Part shown: one piece after another, positions 28,895-39,686 of the stretch
Layout: every line of letters starts with the position of its first letter
Position numbering within the stretch: the stretch's first letter is position 1
Assembly (NCBI GenBank): GCA_964371245.1
Contig: CAYJKP010000001.1
Span: 251,042-315,041 of the forward strand
Source: an uncultured Gammaproteobacteria bacterium
Lineage (GTDB): Bacteria > Patescibacteriota > Patescibacteriia > JAHIZJ01
Direction: 5' to 3'
DNA length: 64,000 nucleotides
Translations under genes and position numbers: made by a program
The notes under the pieces: model-generated
The model's input: the letters and a program-made list of their open reading frames with translations, nothing else
The model's database searches: none
What the model was told of the DNA's origin: nothing

Positions 28895-28917
28895 AATACC
28901 CTAATATCCATTGTGTA

Positions 28918-30192
28918 ATGAATAAGAAAAACCGAACTATTAGTTTAGTCGGACTCGGCTATGTCGGCTTGCCGCTGGCTGTATCATTGGCGCGACATTA
29001 CCCGGTGATCGGTTTTGATTTGAACGAAAAGAAAATCCAGCGCCTGCGTCAAGGAACGGATCCGAACGACGAATTGTCTGAAGCGGAACTAAAGAGCGTT
29101 ACAATTGACTATACGACTGATCCGGCCGCTCTCAAAAAGAGCAATTTTGTCATTGTGGCTGTCCCGACGCCGATTACAAAGGATAAAAAGCCGGACTTAA
29201 CGCCTGTTGAGTCAGCTTCTGAGCTGGTCGGCGCGAATATGTCGAAAGGCACAATTGTCGTTTTTGAATCGACCGTATATCCCGGGGTGACAGAAGAAAT
29301 ATGTGTCCCGATCATCGAACGGGCGTCCGGCTTGAAGTGCGGCCGTGACTGGAAGATCGGCTATAGTCCCGAGCGGGTCAATCCGGGAGATAAGGAACAC
29401 ACTATCGACAAGATCACGAAAGTAGTAAGCGGGATGGACGCCGAAACGTGTGATGTCGTCGCCGAGGTATATGGCTCGTTTACCAAGATTCATAAGGCGC
29501 CCAACATTAAAACCGCGGAGGCGGCGAAGGTGATCGAAAACATCCAACGCGATCTAAACATTGCCCTGATGAACGAGTTAAGCCTGATTTTTGAAAAAAT
29601 GGGCATCCGGACCAAAGACGTGTTGGCGGCCGCTTCAACCAAATGGAATTTCCACGCCTATCGGCCGGGTTTGGTCGGCGGGCACTGCATTGGCGTTGAT
29701 CCGTATTATCTGACCTATCGTGCCCAGGAACTAGGGTATGAGCCGCAGGTGATCCTGGCTGGCCGGTCACTCAACGATTCGATGCCGATTATCGTTGCCC
29801 AAAAAGTTCTGAACCGATTGAGCGAGACGGGAAAAACGAGGCCAAAAATCCAAATCATGGGCTTAACCTTTAAAGAAAACGTGAAGGACTCGCGGAACAG
29901 CAAAGCGCGCGAACTTATCCAAGAATTGAAAAAAAACAACGCGCAGGTGACCGGTTGGGATCCATTTCTTGATGATGAAGAAGTAAAAAAGGAATTTGAC
30001 GTCGACAATCAACACCCGTTGGCTGGCGACGCTTTTGATGCGCTGATCGTCCTGTCTCCGCATCGGCAATTTCACGACATTCCAATAAAAGATTTAGCCG
30101 AAAAAATGGCCGGCGGAGTCGTCTTCGATCTCACTGGGGTGTATCCGGCTGAGAAGGCTAAAGAACTCGGCTTACGTTATCTCACATTGTAA
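28918..30192 (+). CDS. Nucleotide-sugar dehydrogenase (UDP-glucose/GDP-mannose dehydrogenase family; WbpA/WecC-like)
   Basis: 'ISLVGLGYVGLPLAV' NAD-binding N-terminus and catalytic Cys context 'GLVGGHCIGVDPYYL'. Confidence 0.85.
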   Translation: MNKKNRTISLVGLGYVGLPLAVSLARHYPVIGFDLNEKKIQRLRQGTDPNDELSEAELKSVTIDYTTDPAALKKSNFVIVAVPTPITKDKKPDLTPVESASELVGANMSKGTIVVFESTVYPGVTEEICVPIIERASGLKCGRDWKIGYSPERVNPGDKEHTIDKITKVVSGMDAETCDVVAEVYGSFTKIHKAPNIKTAEAAKVIENIQRDLNIALMNELSLIFEKMGIRTKDVLAAASTKWNFHAYRPGLVGGHCIGVDPYYLTYRAQELGYEPQVILAGRSLNDSMPIIVAQKVLNRLSETGKTRPKIQIMGLTFKENVKDSRNSKARELIQELKKNNAQVTGWDPFLDDEEVKKEFDVDNQHPLAGDAFDALIVLSPHRQFHDIPIKDLAEKMAGGVVFDLTGVYPAEKAKELGLRYLTL

Positions 30193-30202
30193 TACATCGG
30201 AA

Positions 30203-31198
30203 ATGAAATTTCTCATCACCGGCGGCGCGGGCTTTATGGGCTCGAACTTCATCCGCTATCTGATCAATAATTACCCGGAATTTGAGGTGGTAAATTTTGA
30301 TAAGCTTACCTATGCCGGGAATCTCGAGAATTTACGCGACCTCGAACAAAATCCGCGCTATCAATTCATCAAGGGCGATATTGCCAATGAAGCGGCGATT
30401 GACGCAATCATGGGGCAGGAGATCGATACAGTCATTAATTTCGCGGCCGAAACCCACGTCGATCGGTCAATTTCCGGTCCGAAGAGCTTTATCGTAACGG
30501 ACGTACTCGGGACATATACCCTACTTGAGGCGGTGAAAAAATACGGGATAAAGAAATATATCCAAATTTCGACTGACGAGGTCTTCGGTTCAACAAACGA
30601 AGAATTCTCCGAGGACAGCCCGTTCGAGCCGAATAGCCCGTACTCGGCATCGAAGGCCGGGGGCGATCATTTGGTTCGGGCGTATTGGAAAACGTATGGC
30701 CTGCCGGTTATTGTCACACACAGCTGCAATTTTTACGGCCCCTACCAGTACCCGGAAAAGCTTATCCCGTTGTTTATTACGAACTTAATTGAAGGCAAGA
30801 AAATTCCGGTTTATGGCGACGGGCAAAACATTCGGGAATGGATCTATGTGCCTGATTATTGCCAAGCACTCGACGTCATCCATCAGAAAGGTGAACCAGG
30901 GGATGTCTATAACATTGGCACGGGCGAGCGCTTTACCAATCTGGAAGTAACGCAGATGATATTAGAGCAAATGGGCGTCGGCCAGGAAATGGTCGAATAC
31001 GTCAAGGATCGGCCCGGCCACGACCGTCGCTACGCCATCAATGCCGAGAAACTGCGTGAACTCGGGTGGCAGCCGGACTGGAATTTCGAGCAGGCGCTGA
31101 AGGAAACGATTGAGTGGTATCAGGATCATCAGGACTGGTGGAAGAGACTCAAGAGCGGGGAGTATTTGGAATACTATAAAAAACAGTACGGCGCGTAA
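30203..31198 (+). CDS. rmlB: dTDP-glucose 4,6-dehydratase
   Basis: 'FLITGGAGFMGSNFIRY', 'STDEVFG', 'YSASKAGGDHLVRAY' (YxxxK) are the classic RmlB/RfbB signatures. Confidence 0.9.
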   Translation: MKFLITGGAGFMGSNFIRYLINNYPEFEVVNFDKLTYAGNLENLRDLEQNPRYQFIKGDIANEAAIDAIMGQEIDTVINFAAETHVDRSISGPKSFIVTDVLGTYTLLEAVKKYGIKKYIQISTDEVFGSTNEEFSEDSPFEPNSPYSASKAGGDHLVRAYWKTYGLPVIVTHSCNFYGPYQYPEKLIPLFITNLIEGKKIPVYGDGQNIREWIYVPDYCQALDVIHQKGEPGDVYNIGTGERFTNLEVTQMILEQMGVGQEMVEYVKDRPGHDRRYAINAEKLRELGWQPDWNFEQALKETIEWYQDHQDWWKRLKSGEYLEYYKKQYGA

Positions 31199-31288
31199 GG
31201 AGTCAGCGGCTGTCTTTACAGTCAAGGCGTGAATCGGTACACTATAAGCAAATCAGTGCGCGGATAAAAACATTTAAAAGAATACCGC

Positions 31289-32119
31289 ATGAAAATTCTT
31301 ATCGCCGGTCACAAGGGCATGCTCGGCTCGGCGCTGGCCAATGTTTTTAAAGGTGAAGAGCTGGTACTTTGGGATTTACCCGAGGTTGACGTGGCTGACG
31401 AATCCATCCTCGACCAGATGGTTGCGGAAAACCCGGAATTAGTCATTAATGCTACCGGCTATACGGCTGTTGATATGGCCGAAAAGAAAAAGAAGGAAGC
31501 GAAAAGGGGGAATATTACGACTGTTGAAATGCTCGCCGAAGCGTGCGCGAAGATTAATTCGCCGCTCGTCCATTTCAGTACGGATTATGTTTTTGATGGC
31601 GAAACGAAAACCGGCTACAAAGAAAACGACCAGCCAAAACCCATTAGTTTTTATGGCAAGACGAAGGCCGAAGCTGAAAAAACTCTCAAGAAAAAAACCG
31701 ATGAGATATTTCTCATTCGAACATCCGGACTCTACGGTCCAAACGGTAAAAATTTCGTCGACGCGATCCTCGAAAAGGCCAAGACGGGGACTCCGTTAAC
31801 GATCGTGAACGACCAAATCTGCAAGCCGACCTATTCGCTCGATCTGGCCAGGGCCGTTCGGGAGCTCATCGAAATGCAGCCGGAATACGGCACGTATCAT
31901 CTTGTGAATGAGGGGGCGGTCAGCTGGTATGAATTTGCGAAAAAGATCGTTGAGTTCGCCCAGCTCAAGGTTGACGTGAAGCCCATTAGTTCAAAAGAAT
32001 ACAAGGCAGCGGCGAAACGTCCGGCAAACTCAACGCTTTTGAATACGAAAATGAAACACCTCCGACCCTGGTCAGAGGCATTAGCCGATTATCTTGCCCG
32101 CAAGCAGTCAAAAGCCTAA
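31289..32119 (+). CDS. rmlD: dTDP-4-dehydrorhamnose reductase
   Basis: 'ILIAGHKGMLGSAL' Rossmann motif, 'FSTDYVFDG', 'YGKTKAEAE' (YxxxK). Length 276 aa typical of RmlD. Confidence 0.85.
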   Translation: MKILIAGHKGMLGSALANVFKGEELVLWDLPEVDVADESILDQMVAENPELVINATGYTAVDMAEKKKKEAKRGNITTVEMLAEACAKINSPLVHFSTDYVFDGETKTGYKENDQPKPISFYGKTKAEAEKTLKKKTDEIFLIRTSGLYGPNGKNFVDAILEKAKTGTPLTIVNDQICKPTYSLDLARAVRELIEMQPEYGTYHLVNEGAVSWYEFAKKIVEFAQLKVDVKPISSKEYKAAAKRPANSTLLNTKMKHLRPWSEALADYLARKQSKA

Positions 32120-33441
32120 AATAACAGCCGGCTCCATAAACGGGCGCGCTCATTCGTTTCTTGATAGAGCAGCGTATTTTCAGTCGTCAGTGTAAACCAA
32201 CCGCGCGCATTCGATACCAGTGGAACAATGGTGTAGGTCGGGGCGTATTCGCTCAGCTCAAGCGATTCGATACGGTCAGCCCGGGAAAAGATCAGGTAGG
32301 GGAGGTCAGCGAGCTGGGTGACATAATGAATTGGGTCGCTGACGCGTTGAAGCAGCCGATGTTCGGCTGTTTTTGGATCATAGCGCCAGATTTCGTTATC
32401 GTTGTAGTAGATGAATTGTTCGATGTTCTTCAGCCAAAAGCCGTCCTTGGCCGCATTGTTTTTCTTGGTTTGGCGAAAGGTTGAATCTTGCGGCTCAATC
32501 AGGTACAAATCATGCGCGTTACTGTCGGCCAGAATGAGGTGTTTGTTCTCCGTTGATAAGAGATTATAGTTGTTACTCGAGGGTAGGCGCGATAGCGGTT
32601 GGTTTGTTTCAAGTGCGCTCGTGGTACGATAGAGATAGCTTGTTTGGCCGTCGTTCGTCAGGTAATACACGTCCGTGCCTCGAACGAAGAATTGCGAGAC
32701 GTTTTTTTGAGAGCAGGCAACGGTATCATTTGTCAGTTGAACCTGACACAGCTGGTCGTCGTTTTGTCCAAGCAACGTGTCGCGGTCCAGCCACTGGAGA
32801 CTTGATATGTCCGTTGGTAGATAATTTAGTGACACACTCGAATTCTCCTGGTTTGTTTTCACCAGCTCAAAGGAATCGTCAACCTCAGACTGGGAGATGA
32901 CGACCTGATCATATTGCGGGTCGGTCTCGATCGTAATGGTGCCTGGTCGGGTGACCAGTGGGGTGGTCGAGCCATCACGGAGATTCAGGCGTTTCAGTTC
33001 GGTCGTCGCGCCCTGTTTCGTAATTGCCAGCAGTTGGTCGTTGTTTGAAGTTTTTTTCAGCTGAATAATGTCCTCGTTTACTAAAAGCTGGCTGGTGGTG
33101 TCGCGGAAGAGAATAATGCTGTATAAAACGCTCGCCCGACTTGTTCGCACGGTAATCGTGTTCTGCCACGGCAGGAAACCGTCCTTCACGATCTTTATGT
33201 CGTAGGTACCGGGAAATATACCAGTCAGGACGGTCGGGGTTTTTTCCCCTTGATCAGTGCCGTTCAGCCAGATTTCGGCTCCTTTCGGACGGGTATTCAG
33301 ATTGATAACGCTTGTTTTTATCAGACGCTTATGCGCCCAATCGAGTCGATAGCCCGATGAATAAAGAACCAAAATAGGCGCGACTACGAAAAAAAAGAGT
33401 ATAAAACTCAGGTAGAGGAGGCGACGATTATTTCGAGTCAT
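32116..33441 (-). CDS. PEGA-domain membrane-anchored protein
   Basis: N-terminal TM then 'PKGAEIWLNGTDQGEKTPTVLTGIFPGTYDIKIVKDGFLPWQNTITV' matching the PEGA domain pattern. Rest unknown. Confidence 0.55.
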   Translation of the reverse strand: MTRNNRRLLYLSFILFFFVVAPILVLYSSGYRLDWAHKRLIKTSVINLNTRPKGAEIWLNGTDQGEKTPTVLTGIFPGTYDIKIVKDGFLPWQNTITVRTSRASVLYSIILFRDTTSQLLVNEDIIQLKKTSNNDQLLAITKQGATTELKRLNLRDGSTTPLVTRPGTITIETDPQYDQVVISQSEVDDSFELVKTNQENSSVSLNYLPTDISSLQWLDRDTLLGQNDDQLCQVQLTNDTVACSQKNVSQFFVRGTDVYYLTNDGQTSYLYRTTSALETNQPLSRLPSSNNYNLLSTENKHLILADSNAHDLYLIEPQDSTFRQTKKNNAAKDGFWLKNIEQFIYYNDNEIWRYDPKTAEHRLLQRVSDPIHYVTQLADLPYLIFSRADRIESLELSEYAPTYTIVPLVSNARGWFTLTTENTLLYQETNERARLWSRLLF

Positions 33442-33529
33442 TTTGACGTTTTTTCAATTCCCAGGTACAATGCAGTGTGATAGCTTCATCTATTCTACCA
33501 GTCTTCACAGCCGGTGACAATAACAAGCA

Positions 33530-34792
33530 ATGGAACACTTTCGGATTGAGGGTGGCACGCTCCTGGAGGGTGAAATCAGCGTGTACGGAGCAAAAAACTC
33601 CGCCCTGAAAATCATTGCCTCGACGGTCCTAACCGACGAAACCTGCCGGATAGAAAATATCCCAGCGATCGCCGATGTTTTAGTATTGATTGATATTTTG
33701 AAAGAGATGGGCGCCGAGGTAAAGCCAATCGACCGCCACACCTATGAAATTACCTGTGCGGGGATTCGCGAACCAAATCTACCGGAAAAACTTGTTAGAA
33801 AACTACGCGCCTCGGTCGTTTTGCTCGGCCCGCTGTTAGCCCGGTTCGGCGAGGTAAAAATGCCTCATCCCGGCGGCTGCGTCATTGGAGAGCGGCCAAT
33901 CGATATATTTCTTGACGGGTTTGCGGCCCTGGGCGTCGAAGTAAAAGAAGAAGAAACGCACTATCACTTTCATACGAAAAAACTTACCGGCGCGACCTTC
34001 GTATTTCCCCGTGTGAGCGTGACAGCGACCGAAGCGTTATTGATGGCCGCGACCTTGGCGGATGGCACGACAACGTTAAAATTCGCCGCCTGCGAGCCCG
34101 AGATCGAAGATTTAGCGGAATGGTTGAATGAGCGCGGTGCCAAAATACGGGGCGCTGGTACGCACACCATAATTATCGAGGGCGTGAAAAAAATTGCCGG
34201 CGGATCAAAGCGGATCATGCCGGATCGTTTAGAAGCCGGTACCTTTGCCATACTCGGTGCGGCCGTTGGTCGCAAAGTCGTGATAACAAATTGCGAGCCA
34301 AACCATCTCGAAGTCCCCTGGAAATTACTTCGACAAGCCGGGGTGCGCTTTGATCTCGGCCAAGACACGGTGACGGTCCATCGCTCGCCGAACCTTCAAG
34401 CGGTCAATTTAATAACCCACGAGTATCCAGGTTTTATTACTGACCTCCAGGCCCCGTATACCGTGCTGATGACTCAGGCGAAAGGCCTTAGCCTGATTCA
34501 CGAGACGATCTATGAAGGCCGGCTTTTTTACATCGATAAGCTCAATAAAATGGGTGCCCATATTATCATGTGCGATCCCCACCGAGTTGTCGTGCTAGGA
34601 CCGGCTAAACTGTACGGGGCGACGGTCGAAAGTCCGGATATCCGCGCGGGTATTGCTTTGGTCATTGCCGCCCTTTTAGCTGAGGGGTCGAGTCGCATCG
34701 AGAATATTTACCAGGTTGACCGTGGCTATGAAGCCATTGATGACCGCTTGCGCCAATTGGGTGCGAAGATAGAGCGCGTACAAGAAACATGA
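33530..34792 (+). CDS. murA: UDP-N-acetylglucosamine 1-carboxyvinyltransferase
   Basis: 'GAKNSALKIIAS', active-site Cys in 'PHPGGCVIGERPID', full-length 420 aa EPT fold. Confidence 0.9.
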   Translation: MEHFRIEGGTLLEGEISVYGAKNSALKIIASTVLTDETCRIENIPAIADVLVLIDILKEMGAEVKPIDRHTYEITCAGIREPNLPEKLVRKLRASVVLLGPLLARFGEVKMPHPGGCVIGERPIDIFLDGFAALGVEVKEEETHYHFHTKKLTGATFVFPRVSVTATEALLMAATLADGTTTLKFAACEPEIEDLAEWLNERGAKIRGAGTHTIIIEGVKKIAGGSKRIMPDRLEAGTFAILGAAVGRKVVITNCEPNHLEVPWKLLRQAGVRFDLGQDTVTVHRSPNLQAVNLITHEYPGFITDLQAPYTVLMTQAKGLSLIHETIYEGRLFYIDKLNKMGAHIIMCDPHRVVVLGPAKLYGATVESPDIRAGIALVIAALLAEGSSRIENIYQVDRGYEAIDDRLRQLGAKIERVQET

Positions 34793-36051
34793 ACACGATC
34801 CCACTTCCACCACCGATAAAAAAGAAATCGAATACAGCCGTAAAAATAATTATCGGCTATTTAGTATTTTCTCTTTTCGCGATCGTCTTTTTTGCCGGTT
34901 ATGTAATCGGCAACCTACGGACAACATCGCTGACCGGGGCCCGTCTTTTTTCAAATATCATCCAGCATGTTCCCGACAGTCTGAAGGACAAAAATATCGA
35001 TTACACGCTGTTTTGGAACGTCTGGAGCTATATCTCCGATGAATATGTGAAGCAGCCGGTCAGTGAAACCGACGCTTTCTACGGTTCGTTAAAAGGGATG
35101 GTGGCTTCACTCGGCGATCCCTACTCGATGTTCCTTGATCCGAGTGAGACAAAAGAATTTAATTTCGAAATAAGCGGCCGGTTTGAGGGTATCGGCGCAG
35201 AAATTGGTACCAAAGATGGGAAGATCGTTATTATTGCCCCAGTGCCTAGTTCTCCCGCTGAAAAAGCTGGTCTCAAGGCGGGCGACATTGTCCTTCAAAT
35301 CGACGAAACCGATACCGCCGGTCTGACCGTAGACCAGGCCGTCGCGTTAATCCGCGGCGAAAAGGGGAGCACGGTAAAACTAACCATTGAGCGCACTGGC
35401 ACGGCTGAGCCGCTTACCCTGACGATTACCCGGGACACGATTATCACGAGCAGTGTGACGTCAAAAATGCTTGATGGCAATATCGCCTATATTTCGTTGG
35501 CGGACTTCAGCCAGGACACTGCGTCCGAATTCTCAAAAGCGGTCAACGGCCTTCTGTTGCAAGAGCCAAAGGGCTTAGTTTTGGATCTGAGAAATAACCC
35601 AGGCGGATATCTCGATCAAGCGGTTGCGGTGGCCGGGGAGTTTATTAACAACGATACCGTCGTCATCGAACAATTCAGTAACGGCCAGAAACGGGTCCAT
35701 AAGTCGGATGGGCAAAGCCGCTTAAAGGATCTTTCAACTGTCGTCCTTATTGATGGAGGATCTGCATCAGCGGCTGAAATACTGGCTGGCGCCCTGCAGG
35801 ATTATAAAGTGGCAACGCTCGTCGGTGAGCAGACGTTTGGCAAAGGTTCGGTTCAGGATTATACTGAGTTTGATGACGGTTCGAGCCTAAAAATCACGGT
35901 GGCTGAATGGCTGACGCCGCAGGGCCGGTCGATTAATAAAACAGGCATATCGCCGGACATCACGGTCTCGTACACGCAAGCCCAGTATGATGCCGGACAA
36001 GATCCTCAACTCGATAAGGCGAAAGAAATATTAAGCACCACAACACCATGA
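34789..36051 (+). CDS. ctpA: S41-family C-terminal processing peptidase with PDZ domain
   Basis: PDZ 'GLKAGDIVLQID', S41 'LDLRNNPGGYLDQA' and 'IDGGSASAAEILAGAL' (Ser/Lys dyad context). N-terminal TM. Confidence 0.85.
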   Translation: MNTIPLPPPIKKKSNTAVKIIIGYLVFSLFAIVFFAGYVIGNLRTTSLTGARLFSNIIQHVPDSLKDKNIDYTLFWNVWSYISDEYVKQPVSETDAFYGSLKGMVASLGDPYSMFLDPSETKEFNFEISGRFEGIGAEIGTKDGKIVIIAPVPSSPAEKAGLKAGDIVLQIDETDTAGLTVDQAVALIRGEKGSTVKLTIERTGTAEPLTLTITRDTIITSSVTSKMLDGNIAYISLADFSQDTASEFSKAVNGLLLQEPKGLVLDLRNNPGGYLDQAVAVAGEFINNDTVVIEQFSNGQKRVHKSDGQSRLKDLSTVVLIDGGSASAAEILAGALQDYKVATLVGEQTFGKGSVQDYTEFDDGSSLKITVAEWLTPQGRSINKTGISPDITVSYTQAQYDAGQDPQLDKAKEILSTTTP

Positions 36052-36323
36052 AACAGCGTATGTCGTTAAAAGTCTATGGCCAGGTTCAGGGTGTTAATCT
36101 TCGCTCTATGATCAAGGTAAAAGCCCTCGAGCTCGGCCTCGTTGGCTACGTTATGAATAATAACGATAGCACGGTCTCACTTGAGGCTGAGGGCGAGCGC
36201 CCAGCCCTGGAGGCACTCATGAGTTGGCTCAGAGACAGACCGGGTAATTGCCGAATTGACCGTCTGGCTGATGATTGGAGTGAGCCGACCGGACAAGAAG
36301 ACAATTTTGTAATTAAATATTAA
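36048..36323 (+). CDS. acyP: Acylphosphatase
   Basis: 91 aa. '[11 protein letters not shown]' and '[11 protein letters not shown]' acylphosphatase signatures 1 and 2. Confidence 0.8.
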   Translation: MKQRMSLKVYGQVQGVNLRSMIKVKALELGLVGYVMNNNDSTVSLEAEGERPALEALMSWLRDRPGNCRIDRLADDWSEPTGQEDNFVIKY

Positions 36324-36337
36324 CTTCTAATTGTCGC

Positions 36338-36790
36338 GTGAAAGTTATTTTACGAAAAACCGTCCCAACACTTGGGGAAGCGGGTGATGTGAAAAATGTT
36401 GCCGAAGGGCATGCCCGCAATTTTTTATTTCCCCAAGGCCTCGCCAGTCCGGCGACTGAGCAATTGCTAGCAGAAACGGAGCGATTTCGGAAAAAGCGAG
36501 CCAAGCAAAAGTCGCGCGCTGACTCAAAATACGGCCAGGTAGCAGAAACAGTACGCGATCTAACCCTGGTTTTTCGCCTCAAGGCGACGCCCGAAGGAAC
36601 GCTTTTTGCCGGCATTGGTCCGAATGAGATCGTCGAGCGGATACAGCGCGATAAAGGCGTTCGTCTTTCCGAAAAAACCGTTCATCTCGAGAAACATCTC
36701 AAAACGGTTGGTCAACACGAGGTCACGCTCACGCTGGGCAAAGAAACGCTAGCGATAAAAATAATTATTGAGGCGGAACATGAAAAGTAG
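36338..36790 (+). CDS. rplI: 50S ribosomal protein L9
   Basis: '[35 protein letters not shown]' is the conserved L9 N-domain. Confidence 0.85.
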   Translation: MKVILRKTVPTLGEAGDVKNVAEGHARNFLFPQGLASPATEQLLAETERFRKKRAKQKSRADSKYGQVAETVRDLTLVFRLKATPEGTLFAGIGPNEIVERIQRDKGVRLSEKTVHLEKHLKTVGQHEVTLTLGKETLAIKIIIEAEHEK

Positions 36791-38417
36791 AAAATACATC
36801 TTCGTCATGGGCGGCGTACTCTCGGGCCTGGGGAAGGGAATTGCCGTTTCATCAATCGGACTGTTATTGAAATCGCGGGGGTATCGGGTGACGGCCTTGA
36901 AAATCGACCCCTACGTGAACGTCGATGCCGGCACTATGAATCCGACCGAACACGGCGAAGTCTTCGTGACCAAGGATGGTTTAGAGACGGACCAGGATAT
37001 CGGCAATTATGAACGCTTCTTAAATACCGAGCTTAGCCGGGATAATTACATGACCACGGGCGCGGTCTATTTATCGGTTATCCAAAAAGAACGCAATCTG
37101 GGTTATAAAGGCAAGTGTGTAGAAGTCGTACCGCATATTCCCGAGGAAGTGATCAGACGCATTGAGTTGGCCGGACAGAAAAATAAAGCCGATATTGTGT
37201 TAATTGAAATTGGCGGCACCGTCGGCGAATATCAGAACCTGTTGTTTCTCGAAGCGGCTCGGATGATGCGTCTCCAGCGTCCAGATGATATTGCCTTCGT
37301 GTTGGTCAGTTATTTGCCGATTCCATCCAAGATCGGCGAAATGAAGACCAAGCCGACCCAGTATGCCGTTCGTACGCTCAACGGCGCCGGCATTCAGCCC
37401 GACTTTTTGCTTTGTCGCGCTGAAAAGCCACTCGATCAGCCGCGCCGAGAAAAACTTGCCATCTTCTGTAACATGAAACCGGCGAATGTTTTAGCGGCGA
37501 TTGACGTTGATAACATCTATAACGTGCCGATCAATTATGAAAAAGAGAAGCTCGCCGAGAAAATACTCCAGCTTCTCAATATTGCTCCGAAAGCGAACAC
37601 GCTTGGCTCATGGAAACGTTTGCTTCGAAACATGAACCAAACGACCAAGCCGGTCCGGATCGGAATTGTCGGAAAATATTTTGCTACGGGTAATTTTATA
37701 CTGGCTGATTCCTATATTTCTGTAATCGAAGCGATTAAGCACGCAGCCTGGGCGCGTCATTTGAAACCAGAACTTCACTGGATAAACTCTGAAGAATTTG
37801 AAAAGAGTCCCAACGCGGTAAAAGAATTGTCCCGCTACGACGGCATAATCGTGCCGCAAGGCTGGGGTAGCCGTGGCGCCGAAGGAAAAATATCCGCGAT
37901 TCGCTATATTCGCGAACACAATATTCCATATCTCGGATTATGCTATGGTATGCAGATGGCCGTGATCGAATTCGCCCGAAACGTTGCCAGATTAAAGGGC
38001 GCCCATACGTTGGAAGCTGATCCGAAAACACCCAACCCGGTTATCCATATCATGCCGGAACAAAAAGAATATCTTGCCAAGAAACAGTATGGCGGGACCA
38101 TCCGGCTCGGTAATTGGCCTTGCCGCTTGACGCCAAAGACGAAAACCGCCGCCGCCTATGGGTCTGGCATCCGTACCGTTCAGGAACGCCACCGTCACCG
38201 GTACGAGTTCAATATGGCGTATCGCAAACGGCTGGAAGATAAGGGCTTGGTTATTGCTGGCACGTCACCGGACGGGAAGCTGGTCGAAGCGATTGAATTA
38301 CGCGGCCACCCATTCTTTGTCGGCACCCAATTTCATCCTGAGTATAAATCACACCCGGAAGCGCCCCATCCGTTATTTCTTGCCTTTGTGAAGGCGTGCG
38401 CTGGGTCAAAAAAATAG
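36780..38417 (+). CDS. pyrG: CTP synthase
   Basis: '[17 protein letters not shown]' N-terminus, glutamine amidotransferase 'GLCYGMQ' and 'HRHRYEFN' motifs. ATG at 36780 overlaps the rplI stop. Confidence 0.95.
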   Translation: MKSRKYIFVMGGVLSGLGKGIAVSSIGLLLKSRGYRVTALKIDPYVNVDAGTMNPTEHGEVFVTKDGLETDQDIGNYERFLNTELSRDNYMTTGAVYLSVIQKERNLGYKGKCVEVVPHIPEEVIRRIELAGQKNKADIVLIEIGGTVGEYQNLLFLEAARMMRLQRPDDIAFVLVSYLPIPSKIGEMKTKPTQYAVRTLNGAGIQPDFLLCRAEKPLDQPRREKLAIFCNMKPANVLAAIDVDNIYNVPINYEKEKLAEKILQLLNIAPKANTLGSWKRLLRNMNQTTKPVRIGIVGKYFATGNFILADSYISVIEAIKHAAWARHLKPELHWINSEEFEKSPNAVKELSRYDGIIVPQGWGSRGAEGKISAIRYIREHNIPYLGLCYGMQMAVIEFARNVARLKGAHTLEADPKTPNPVIHIMPEQKEYLAKKQYGGTIRLGNWPCRLTPKTKTAAAYGSGIRTVQERHRHRYEFNMAYRKRLEDKGLVIAGTSPDGKLVEAIELRGHPFFVGTQFHPEYKSHPEAPHPLFLAFVKACAGSKK

Positions 38418-38430
38418 GAAATTCTCATAT

Positions 38431-38458
38431 GAAAAAATCCGTGATTGACGGATTTTTT
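38431..38458. terminator. Bidirectional intrinsic terminator between convergent pyrG and rpmA
   Basis: AAAAAATCCGTgattgACGGATTTTTT: 7-bp perfect stem, 5-nt loop, A-tract on one side and T-tract on the other. Confidence 0.6.
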
Positions 38459-38474
38459 CATATTGATTGAGTCG

Positions 38475-38753
38475 TTATTGCGGTTTGACGTGGACGTACA
38501 CAGCAGTTTTCAGCGTGCCGTCAAAGCGCTTGCGTTTCTTCCTGGAAAATTCGACGACCCCGTTTGTTAATGAAAAAAGAGTGTCGTCCTTTCCACGTTT
38601 AACGTTTTTGCCAGCGTGGTATTTTGTTCCACGCTGTCGGATCAGAATATTCCCTTTTTTCGCTGGTTGGCCACCGAAAAGTTTCACCCCGAGGCGCTGA
38701 CTCTGTGAATCGCGGCCGAGACTAGTCGAACCCCCTGATTTTGTGTGTGCCAT
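38475..38753 (-). CDS. rpmA: 50S ribosomal protein L27
   Basis: '[29 protein letters not shown]' conserved L27 N-terminus. No N-terminal pro-peptide extension. Confidence 0.9.
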   Translation of the reverse strand: MAHTKSGGSTSLGRDSQSQRLGVKLFGGQPAKKGNILIRQRGTKYHAGKNVKRGKDDTLFSLTNGVVEFSRKKRKRFDGTLKTAVYVHVKPQ

Positions 38754-38817
38754 GCGTTCTCTCTAAAAAAGTAGATTAACGAAGACAGTATATCGTCGAT
38801 TGATAAACGTGTCAACT

Positions 38818-39126
38818 CTACTCGGTCTCGACGCTCGTGTTGCCCGAGGCTGGGGCGAACGGATCATGCGTCGGAAGCGTCAGATGAGTTGAGTCTTTTT
38901 TTATAGACTGATTATCTTTCAACAATTCGAGTGTTTTTTGATTTATTTTGCTCTGTCGGGCCGTTACCTGATTTTCTTGGACAAGCGGTGGGTGAAAAAT
39001 TGCTTCATCAATGATGCGATACTGGCTGTATAACACCCAGATGAGGAAGAGGCTGCAAACCAGCCAGGCAATTTTCGGACCGTAGGTTTTAAGAATGGTT
39101 GTCGGAATTTTCATGTTTATCTCCAA
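38818..39126 (-). CDS. Small single-TM protein at distal end of pilus operon (PilP-like position), hypothetical
   Basis: 102 aa, one TM (IAWLVCSLFLIWVLY), overlaps the pilO stop by 10 nt. Assignment by position only. Confidence 0.35.
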   Translation of the reverse strand: MEINMKIPTTILKTYGPKIAWLVCSLFLIWVLYSQYRIIDEAIFHPPLVQENQVTARQSKINQKTLELLKDNQSIKKDSTHLTLPTHDPFAPASGNTSVETE

Positions 39127-39686
39127 TATGAGTTACCACCGAGCGAAAGTTGAAAAGTCTGGCCGGCCGGCGGTGGCTGGATCGGCGAGTTTGTTTTATT
39201 TGTTACCGGACCGGTGGTTACCGACGCGTTCAGTTGTTGGAAGGACAGATAATATTCCTGTGACTCGAGCTCAGCTACAAACCCGATGACATTGGCATAA
39301 CTACCGTCTACTTTTAATGAAATCGGCTGTTCAATCACCGGGCTCGTGCTATCATCCGGAAACTCGTCCAAATCAATGGTTATTACCAACGAGTGTTTCT
39401 GGGCAATTTCTTCGAGCGTAGAAATGAATTGTAAAATATTAGATTTGTCTATCAGATAGGAGTTGAGTTGGTTTTCTGCCTGCGTGAGTTCGTCGGTAAT
39501 ATCGGTGGTGTCGATTTTTTGTACCTGTTCTTTTAAGAGCGTCAAATCAACCCGTTTTTCGTTCAAGGTCTGTAAAATTTCCTCATTTTTTTCTTGGTAG
39601 GGGATAAAGATAAAAACAATTGAACCAACGATCACGAGGATAATGGCGGTAGCGAGGTAGAAAGATTTATTGACGCGTAATGTCAT
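39117..39686 (-). CDS. pilO: Type IV pilus assembly protein PilO-like
   Basis: 189 aa, N-terminal TM, coiled-coil then beta-rich domain. Position after pilM-pilN. Weak direct sequence support. Confidence 0.55.
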   Translation of the reverse strand: MTLRVNKSFYLATAIILVIVGSIVFIFIPYQEKNEEILQTLNEKRVDLTLLKEQVQKIDTTDITDELTQAENQLNSYLIDKSNILQFISTLEEIAQKHSLVITIDLDEFPDDSTSPVIEQPISLKVDGSYANVIGFVAELESQEYYLSFQQLNASVTTGPVTNKTNSPIQPPPAGQTFQLSLGGNSYWR

